64,000 nt of DNA from the human T2T-CHM13v2.0 reference genome, Homo sapiens. Shown one piece after another: positions 54,715 through 64,000 of the stretch. The notes under the pieces are model-generated. The model was not told the DNA's origin. It saw only the letters and a list, made by a program, of their open reading frames with translations, and searched no databases. Location: assembly GCF_009914755.1 (NCBI RefSeq), contig NC_060936.1. One strand, written 5' to 3'. The position numbers and the translations under genes were made by a program. Within the stretch, counting starts at the first letter, position 1, and the number at the start of each line of letters is the position of its first letter.

Positions 54715-54990
54715 TTCTTGACTGGGCTAAGGGATGCCCAGATTGTGGGTGGAACATTAGTTCTGGGGGTGTTTTTGGAAGAGATTGACATTGGAATCAG
54801 TAGACTGAGTAAAGATCCCTTGAGGGCTTGAATAGAGCAAAATGATGGCGGGCGAATTCTCCCTCTCTCTCTTCTTGAGCTGAAACATCCATCTTCTCCT
54901 GCCTTTGGACATTGGAGCTCCTAGTTCTTGGCTCTTTAGACTCTGGGACTTACACAAGCCACCACCCTCAGCTCCCTTCCCCACTCTATA
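54715..54990 (+). mobile_element. MLT2 (ERVL) LTR fragment
   Basis: cttgactgggctaagggatgcccaga...gaatcagtagactgagtaaaga...catccatcttctcctgcc. Confidence 0.75.
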
Positions 54991-55099
54991 ATAAACAATT
55001 CAAACATTACCTTCCACCTTTTTAGCTATTTCATATGAAGGAATCTTAGATGTGGTCAGAGAGAACAAAGTCATAAAGAAAATGAAGTTACAAAGAAAA

Positions 55100-55105
<6 letters not shown>

Positions 55106-55146
<41 letters not shown>
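55106..55146. repeat. (CA)n microsatellite
   Basis: Pure run. Confidence 0.95.
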
Positions 55147-55148
<2 letters not shown>

Positions 55149-56469
55149 CATGGGAATTGCACTGGCTCTGGAAGCCTTAGGAATCATGCTGACTGCCCAT
55201 GGACAACCCAAATGGTGTAATGACATGAGGACATCTCTGCTACAAATGCTGACCATTCCATGAGATTAATCTCCTTAGGCACCACAGGCTTGATTTGGGA
55301 ATGCCTCCTGCCTTCCTTCTTTCCTGGCAAAGAAAATTACCAGGGACTGAGCCGGGGAAGAATATTAGTGTTAATAAGAACAGTTTATTCCATTGCCATC
55401 TGCTGATTTTTAATAAGGGAGCTGCCTAATGACAATGATTTTCTTCAGCCAGGTGGAGAAATGTCCCCAAAGAAGGAGCACAGTTGTCACAGAGAGGACT
55501 TGAGACTCAGGCCAGGGGTGCATATTTGCTGGCCTTTCTGATACAATTTTTTAGCCCCAGGGGAATATATTTCCAGCAGAAGTTATGGTGGGGTGGCTGA
55601 TATCTGCTCTCTTTGCCCACCCAGTATCATTCCCTCTGTCTCTGCAGTTGATAACCCCCAGGTTCCTCAAGAGGAAGACTGCAGTCAGGCAGAGAAGGGC
55701 GTCTCATCTAAAGGGGATGGGACTGAAGCTACTCAGGGGATGGGGTCCCAATAGCAACTCAGCCTTGATTTTCCAAAATAGAGGTTTTGAAATTGAAGCC
55801 AGAACATAGGAACACAGAGCCAAGATTTCATGAGAAGGAGGAAAAGAGGGAGAAAGGGAGATTTCAATATTTATTTGAATCTCTTGATCAAGCGGCACTT
55901 AAAACCAATACACAAAACTTTTCAGTCAGTGAGCCAATTAACATTCACATTTATTTTCTTTTTGTTTTAGCTGGTTTGGGTTGAGTTCTCTCAGTACCAA
56001 TACAAGGCGGATCGAAATCAGCAAAATCAACACCAAAGTCACTACTACAAGAGGCAAAGCATTAGGTAAGTTGATGATGGAGAATTCACCGGACCTGGGC
56101 TAAGCAGGGATAGGAAGTCTCCATGGAGGAGGTGGCATTTGACCAGGATGGGGCATGAGAGTAAAGAGAGGAGAGGCATCCATGGAGAGTGGATGGTAGG
56201 AACTGGAACAGGATGGTGAGGAAGTGCTGCTTTGTCGGGTGTCTATACCTCTTATTCTGCCTAGGACAGTGGGATATATGCCAGTTGTCCTAAGACTATA
56301 TCAATGGGCCCTGTTTACTCTGCATGGTGTCCTGGTTTGGTTGGTAGATTACATGATCACTCTGCTTACGGAACTTGAAAGAACCCAAGTTCTTTCTTGA
56401 TAGCCTAACCATGTAGTCACAAGCGCTCGGGTCCTCAGCCCTATCCAGGTATCCAGGAAAGGATAGACA

Positions 56470-56470
<1 letters not shown>

Positions 56471-56532
<62 letters not shown>

Positions 56533-56537
56533 AGAGA
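56471..56537. repeat. Long (CA)~29 plus (GA)n microsatellite
   Basis: Pure run; likely length-polymorphic. Confidence 0.95.
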
Positions 56538-57159
56538 TTGATTCTTAACTTGGGCCAGGAGTGAGCTCATTTTGGAAATGTTGAGGGAAATCTGCCTTCC
56601 AGAGCAGAGTGGGACATGAGGGACATGTTTTCCGTAGAAAGGATGATTCAGTTGTGAGTTGTGTGCTTGCCAGAGTGTGCCTTTTTGAGCTAATTACTGT
56701 CTGCCGATAAATTACTGGGATTAAAAACAAGAACAAAATGAACTTAGTTCAAGGACACATGTCAGAAACAGAACAATTATCATTTGGAAAGGTCCATTAG
56801 TGCGAGCGACTTAGAAAAATCTTTTCTTATAAACTTCTAGTCATATTAGATATTTCAAAAACAGGATTAGAAGAATTTGCATGTTGGCTGGTAGTGAAAT
56901 TGCACTTCCTGAATGAAGTGTGTCCTGAGAGACCAGGGTCAGAGCTTGGGAGAGTGTCTGGTTTTACAAAATGTAAGCTTTGCTCAGGCTGCTGATGTGC
57001 GTGTGTGTGTGTGAGAGAGAGTGTCACTATTTTTGTGTGCGTGAAACTATGTCATTCTGTGCATATGCCGCTTCCTTACTAGAAGAATGTTGCACTGTGC
57101 TGTATAAATGTGTAAAAATAGCTTTGCCCCAATGATGAATATTATATTGTAATGTGCAT

Positions 57160-57485
57160 GTAGTCCTCTCTTATCCTCCATTTCAGTTACTCATGGTCAG
57201 TCGCGGTCTAAAAATATTACTGACAATAAGATATTTTGAGAGAGAAATAGAGATAAACCACATTCAAATATCGTTTATTACAGTATGTTGTTTACATTGT
57301 CCTAGTTTATTGTGAGTCCTTATTTGTTAATCTGTTCCTGTGCCTAATTTATAAATTAAACTTTATCATAGGTATGTATGTATAAGAAACATTCATGGCA
57401 TATATAGAGCTTGGTACTATCCTGTTGTCAAGCACCCACTGTGAGTCTCGGAGCGTACCCCTGTGGTTAAGTGCGGACCACTGTA
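57160..57485. mobile_element. MER44 (Tigger7-related)
   Basis: tgtgcctaatttataaattaaactttatcataggtatgtatgtata and degenerate TIRs. Confidence 0.8.
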
Positions 57486-58456
57486 GTGTGCACTAACAGC
57501 GTCCAGAAACTATGTTTCAAGGATTGAGAAATGCTCCTGAGAATTCAGAAACGTTTGCAAATCCTCCACACTCTAGGTAATTGAAATGATTTATTTTTCT
57601 TCTTTGAAATCCTGCCCCCTTGGTATTGAAACAGCTCCCTGCTTTCCCATAGCCAGACCACATCCCTCATACACAGACTTCAAACACCTGCAGGGTGGGA
57701 GCGCTGCCCAGGGCTGGCCAATCAGTGTGTGCCATCCCAGTGCAACAGTGATTGGCTCACAAGTGGTCATGTGACCTACTGAGCTCTCGCTTTCTCAGCC
57801 CTGCCAAGGGGCTAAGGCATTCGGAAATAAGCACAACCATAGGTCTGCAGGAGCCCAGGGTTTCCACACAGTGACTTCGACCTGCCTTTTGCAGCTCGAT
57901 GCTGTAAAGCCAAGCTTGTCTCAGGCTCATCAGACTTGGGTCACAGAAGCCAGTTCCTTATGAAACAGGCCGGGAAGGCTCAACTACTGATAACGTACAG
58001 CCCTGTTTTCTCGTGAAGGCTTAATTAATTGCAGCAACATTTTGGGCATTGATTTTTTTCCATGTAGCTTCAGCACATGAGTTAGCAGCTCCTTTGCAGG
58101 CAATGTGTTGCCAAGTGTCTGGGGGCAGTCACGTAATAGAATCAGTAAATTCGCCGCAGTCTCTTCTGGTCTGAAGGTGGCAGCCCAGGTGCTCCTGTTG
58201 GATGCACATTCATTGAATCTGGAAGAGAGAGGGAGTGCAGTCTCTTGTGTGAAAGAAGTCTCAGCTTGGGACATCAGCTTGGTTCTCTCAAAAACTGGTG
58301 ACTGCTTACTGGCCTGAGGGAGCTGATGTCCCTGCCACTGACCCTGAACGTGACCTTGTCAAACCAGGGTAGTCTGAGGCTGTTTCTCCCCTTGGGCAAT
58401 GCAGAGGACCTTGCTTTAGTCCGACTAGAGCCAGCTAGTGTTCCTTTTCTCAAATC

Positions 58457-60008
58457 CTTTTAACAAATTTTAAGTGTACAATGTGGCGCTATGTCGTACA
58501 GAAGATCTCTAGAACCTATTTTTATTGCGTAACTGAAACTTGATACCTGTTTCCCCTCCCCCATCTCCGCAGCCCCTGGAAACCACTGCTCTGCTCACTG
58601 CTTCTGTGAGTTTATTTTAGATACCTCATGTAAGCAGCAGTTATTTCACTTAGCATATTGTCCTCCAGATTCATTTCTGTTATTGCACACTGCAGAATTT
58701 CCTTCTTTTATAAGGCTGAATAATATTCCATTGCATGTATATGCCATATTTTCTTGATCCATTCATCCATTTATGGATATTTAGGGTTTTTTTCCAAATC
58801 TTGGATATTGTGAATAATGCTAAAATGAACATGGGTGTGCAGATATCTCTTTGTGATCCTGATTTCAATTCTTTTTTTTTTCCATATACCCAGAAGTAGA
58901 GTTGCTAGAATATACAGTAGTTCTATTTTTAATGTTTTTGAGAAACCTCTATACTTTTCTATAGTGGCTGTACCATTTTACATTTCTTCCAACAGTGTAC
59001 AAGAGTTCCAGTTTCTCCATATCCTTGCCAACACTTACCTTTTATTTTATTTTTATAATAGTCATCCTAGGAAGTGTGAGGTGATATTTCATTGTGGTTT
59101 CAATTTGCATTCCCCTGATAATTAGTAATGTTGAACATGTTTTCATATACCTATTGGCCATTTATGTGTCTTCTTTGGAAAAACATATAATCAAATACTT
59201 GGCCTATATTTTTTTTCTTTAAAGACGGAGTCTCACTCTGTCACCCAGGCTGGAGTGCAGTGGCACGATCTTGGCTCACCTCAGCCTTTGCCTCCTGGGT
59301 TTAGGTGATTCTTGTGTCTTAGCCTCCTGAGTAGCTGGGATTTCAGGCACATGCCACCATGCCTGGCTTTTTATTTTTTATTTTTATTTTTTGGATTTTT
59401 AGTAGAGACAGAGTTTCACCATGTTGGCCAAGCTGGTCTTGAACTCCTGACCTGAAGTGATCCGCCTGCCTCAGCCTCCCAAAGTGCCAAAATTACAGGC
59501 ATGAGCCACCGCGCCCAGCCCTTGGCCTATTTTTAAACTGAGTTGTTTGTTTTGCTATTGAGTTGTGGGAGTTTCTTGTATTTTTAGACATTCAATCCCT
59601 TTCAGATATATGGTTTGCAAACATTTTCTCCTATTTTGTAGGTCACCTTTTCACTTTGTTGCTTATTTCCTTTGCTATTCAGAAGCCTGTCAATATGATG
59701 TAGTCCCAAGTGTCCATTTTTACTGGTGTTGCCTCTCTGCTTTTGGTGCCACATCCATACACATCATCAGCTGATCATCTGCAAGGGTGCCAAGAATACC
59801 CAATGATGAGAGGATCTCTTCAACAAATGGTTTTGAGAAACTGGATAGCCACATGCAAAAGAATTAAACAGGGCCCTTATCTTACACCGTACACAAAAAT
59901 CAAGTCAAAATGAATTCAAAATATAAACATAAGACTTGAAACTGTAAAACGCGTAAAAGCAGACACAGGAGGAAACTTCATGACATTAGTTTTGGCAATG
60001 ATTTATTG
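58457..60008 (-). mobile_element. Old L1MA (MA7-9-like), 5'-inverted, with Alu insertion
   Basis: Antisense L1 3' region 58457-59757, then sense ORF2 piece 59755-60008 (NWIATCKRIKQGPYLTPYTKI). Confidence 0.85.
59208..59520 (-). mobile_element. AluSx/Sz with TSD
   Basis: CTTGGCCTAT at 59198-59207 and 59521-59530. Confidence 0.92.
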
Positions 60009-60514
60009 CCTCGAACGTTCCTTGGACACCTTGAGACAGGAAACAACCTCTTATCATGAGAGGTCAGCAGCTTCGAGAGGTCTCTTGCTTACCAGAAAAA
60101 TCAAAGATTCATCAAATGAGTCACCAGTTAAATGCTTAAAAACCCAGATCTGTGCCATGGTGGGATCCTCCCTGATGGGCAGTCTTACAGAGCCTGAGAC
60201 AGGGAAAATTCAGAAAAGAGAGGAGAAAAGAGCTAGACCTGAAATATTTCTAGGCTGTAGAATGCTCCAGTTGCAGGTACTGAATTCAGTGGGTATTACT
60301 ATTTCCTAGGTGTAAACCATGGTTCAACTGTTAGTAATCAATGACATCAATTTACAGGCCACTATCATTTTTAAAATGCATGGAATAGAATAAAATATAT
60401 CAGGGTATATTCTTGGAACAAAGGTGTATATTCTTAATGAAATTTTGGTTTAAATTGTATAGGTGTTTTTGTGTGCATGTGGGGGTGGATAAATCCTAAT
60501 GTAAAATGTATTTA

Positions 60515-60820
60515 TTTTTCTTTTTTTATTTTAAAGAGACGGTCTTGCTCTGTTGTCCAAGCTGGAGTGCAGTGGCTCCATCATGGCTTACTGCAGCCTT
60601 GAACTCCTGGGCTGATGTGATCCTCCTGCATCAGCCTCCCAGGTAACTGGGACTGCAAGTGTGCACTACCATGCCTAGCTAACTTTTTTATTTCTTATTT
60701 TTGTATACATGGGGTTTTGCTGTGTTGCGCAGGGTAGTCTGGAACTCTTGGCCTCAAGGATTCCTCCTGCCTCTGCCTCCCAAAGTACTGGGATTACAGG
60801 TGTGAGCCACTATGTCCAGC
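60515..60820 (-). mobile_element. AluJ, apparently inserted in a Charlie4-like DNA transposon remnant (~60310-60865)
   Basis: catcatggcttactgcagccttgaactcctgggct is J-type; flanks read gtaaaatgtattt|cttattatgg. Confidence 0.85.
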
Positions 60821-62194
60821 ATTATTTCTTATTATGGATTATGATGAAGAAGCTAAAAAGTACAAGCCTAATCTGCTGTTCCTAACCCAGTCTTTCACGG
60901 TTTCCAGGAGGCTTCCCTTTCTCTTCGAGCTCATATTATCTGCTCCGATCTCTGAATATTTTGAACCAGCCAATTGAAAGCCTAGGTTTGTATTTGTATT
61001 TCCCTGCACTGATTTTTGTTAGTCTGCATAAAATTTCCATCCATTGTTCAGTCAACAAGTGTTTCCTATGAGTTTTTCCTCTCCTATAGGACTGTTCCTC
61101 TTTCCAGTGGCTCTGGTATAATATAGAGTCCCATAACAGGATTCCAAGCAGAAATAACCTCATGCCAACCTGGAAAGTAAACAAGTGGAGCATAATATAC
61201 CCTTATCACACAGACACAATTACATATGGGGCATGAAGGAATATTTATCATTACCTCAAAGAAATATGCTCCTTCGCACTTTTCTTGAAACACCTGGTCC
61301 ACGCTACTTTTTATTTTCCCACTTGGACAGGGACTTTGGTAGAAGAAATACTTTGCTCTTCCCTTAGGTCTGCTCATGTGCAATGATAAATAGCATCTAA
61401 CACTCAGCTTCTGTGATGGGGACAATAGGGATAGGTGGGGTCTGCAGGACACCTGCTACTCAGTAGGCTTGGAGTCCCAGTGGCACCACAGCACTGGCCT
61501 TTCCAAGGGAAACCACAATTCCATATTTTAATTAAAAATCTTCCAATTTGCAAATGTTGCCAAACGCTTCATTTTCTAAATACTGTACATGATAAACAAA
61601 TACATCTGTAGGCCACTAGGGTCTCAGGTGTGCCACATGCAAACCAACCCACTGCTGGGCACATGCATGACGGATGCTCACTGACCAGACTGGAGCATAC
61701 CAGGGACAACCCTGGGTTGCAGGTGACCTCTAGGTTTTTGTCTGGAATGAGATATCCTACTACAGGAACATGAGTCTGTGGATAACATGCATCACCCACG
61801 TTTTGCTCTGATGCTTTGAATCTTAAAGGAAACCACACAAGAAAAACATTCATATTAACAAGGGACTGTATAAACTCTCATCAGCATCTGGCTGTTCATC
61901 TGGAACAGATTATTATCCAGATCTTGTTTTCATCAGGGGCACTGCTTTTGTTACACTGTCAGCTAATGGCTTCCCCCTCTCCTTCCTCCCTAGACACATC
62001 ATCTCTTTTTATGGTTAAGAACAAACATGTATTCCCCACCCTTGTCCAGCCCTATTTTAAACAAGTTCTGAAAATCACATCAGTTTCCTCACCCTCTTGC
62101 TTTCAATTGGATTTGGCCAATGAGTGGTGCCTGCAGGTAAAAGAGCAGGAAGAGAGGGAGAGGTCAGGGTGTTTACAACCCTGCTTTCCCACCC

Positions 62195-62625
62195 CATTGC
62201 TGGATGGTTCACTGAGAAAGAAGACTCTGCAATGGAGATTAGTGTGCAGGGTGCTTATTAGGGAGTGACTTTGGGACCCATTCCTTGGAAAGGAAGAAAA
62301 GGAAGCAGGAGTGGGCAGAGGGAAATATTGAGCTGTGAAGCAGGCCCAGAAAAAATGGCCAACTCTGGAGTGAGCTTGGGAGCTAGGATGGTCCTAGCGA
62401 TTTCCCCGAGGTGGGCTGAGATGGTCAGGCCTTTATACTCCCAGGGCAAGTCACTGTTTGTGGGCCCACTGGGAAGGGGCTTGCCCCTGGAGATGATGAC
62501 TCGCAGCAGCTCAGGCACTCCCTGAAGGGGCTGCAGCTGGAGTCTACCTACCGTGACAGCACTCCCTGAAGCTGCAGCAACACACCTTTCATCAAAAGAG
62601 GGTCTGGGCAGCAGCATATCAAGGT
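62195..62625 (-). mobile_element. ERVL LTR (LTR40-like), possibly nested in a second ERVL LTR spanning ~62030-62830
   Basis: agactctgcaatggagattagtgtgcagg...ggaagcaggagtgggcagaggg; family names from memory. Confidence 0.55.
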
Positions 62626-63132
62626 GCCTACCACGCTGTCTGCTTGGCCACAGGTGGCTGAGCCTCAGTTGTTTTACCGGAGACCACAGCTCCTGTTGGG
62701 TGTCCAGATCCGACAGTCGCAGCTCCCTCTGGGCTCCACTCACATATTCCTTTCCATTCACTTCTGGCCCAGAGCTAGTGGGCTTCCTACTATCACCCTG
62801 ATGTGCTTCCCTGTTCCTTGTTTTTACCTTCAAGTCTCCTCTCATCTATGAAAATAGTCCCTAGACTCTCATCACTTTCCCCTTTTTAGTGCATGATGTG
62901 TTTCCTGCCAATACACGGAAAGATTCACAATTCAAGGATCATTCTATGTACTGTTTTTCTATATCATTGCAATGAGGTGTAAGAAAGGTGTAATTGTGCA
63001 TATTTGGCTGCATCTACACACAAATTTGTTTGCAGATAAAACTGTTGTATTGAAACTGGTCAGTAACCAGATATTAACTGGATGTTGAGCTTCTTTCCTC
63101 TTTAAATTAGTTCATGTCATAGAGACAGGATA

Positions 63133-63620
63133 TGTGTATTAGCCAGATAGGCTAATGTCCTGTAACAACCATCCCCCACCTATCAGTAGCCCAGCAAGAA
63201 AGGCATGGGATTTTTTGTTTATTTGTTTGCTTTTTGATATACAGCCCAATGCTCTTGTTTTGTCTCTGGCTGCTTTCATCCTCAGCCCTCTCTCTCACAT
63301 GGTGACTCAAGGGATCTGATGCGTTCCCTCTTGTAGCTTCATCATAGTCAACACATGGCTTCTAAAGTCATTGCAAAAGAAGAAGAGTGTGAGAAGGAAT
63401 CTCTCCCTGCTCGTGGATTTCCTCTCTTCCAGATGCCCATCTCTTCAGCATAGAAAGTCCTTATCTCTGAAGTGAAACACACCAGTCTGCTGTCTTTTGG
63501 TGGGAACTAACCACATGGCCCTGTCCACATGCACAGGGTCTGCAAATGAAGCCCTTGGACGGTCAGTGACGACCCTGAATTATAGAAGAGACACACAAGT
63601 AGCTGCCAATCATCCAGATT
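63133..63620 (-). mobile_element. MLT1J-like LTR remnant
   Basis: tgtattagccagataggcta...gtaacaacc...ggtgactcaagggatc...actaaccacatggcc. Confidence 0.6.
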
Positions 63621-64000
63621 TCTCTGCCTTGCTATGTGAGCCTGTATTGTTGACTGGTGATGCTTATGATTTTCAAGGAGAACAAACTGTATACATCTTT
63701 CCCTAGGACTTTAATTGCTCAACACCTGGGTTTATATTGAGGCCAGAGTGAATGACAGTAGCTATTAATCAAGTAGCTGGCAAACTGCAGAAGCTGAATT
63801 GGTCCAGGTGAGCTTAGGCTCTTAGGCCACCCTAAGAGAACCACCTGTGTTTAGGGAGTAAACCTTCTCTGCTATCCTTGCCCCTGGTCCAACTAGTTTG
63901 AAAATCCCTACAATAAACATGTTTTGGCTGCAGGTACTAATGATGATAAAGCCCAGAATAAATCAGAACCTCACATCCCTATGGAAAAAACCCTCGCCGT

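Noticed and set aside
62258-62845. 195-aa and overlapping ORFs
   Set aside because: GC-rich LTR remnants give chance open frames; no recognisable protein

Overview
Repeat-rich primate genomic DNA, most likely human, judged from AluY elements and an L1PA2/L1Hs-type 3' end. It reads as intergenic or deep intronic. I find no credible protein-coding gene, RNA gene or CpG-island promoter, and every ORF I can recognise is a decayed L1, Alu or LTR reading frame. Much of the window is transposon-derived: about 15 Alu/FLAM copies, a near full-length old L1PA15/16-like element with a THE1 insertion, other L1 fragments, solo LTRs (LTR22/HML-5, MER67-like, MLT/MST), DNA transposon fossils (MADE1, MER82, MER58, MER44, MER81, MER5) and MIR/L2. 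Family names come from recalled consensus sequences, not a search. I do not see a new biological system. The notable signals are fossil rearrangements: (1) a ~195-bp inverted duplication of apparently unique sequence 2.4 kb apart; (2) a templated-insertion repair scar inside L1 ORF2 that copies 29 bp from 2 kb away; (3) a perfect 26-bp direct repeat bracketing a 561-bp segment that ends in AATAAA, a possible orphan retrocopy; (4) a young 5'-inverted L1 nested in an AluY nested in an MLT1; (5) a second, much older 5'-inverted L1 that breaks at nearly the same ORF2 position; (6) a 4x35-bp repeat multiplying a CCAAT box; and (7) a MADE1 hairpin split by an AluY.
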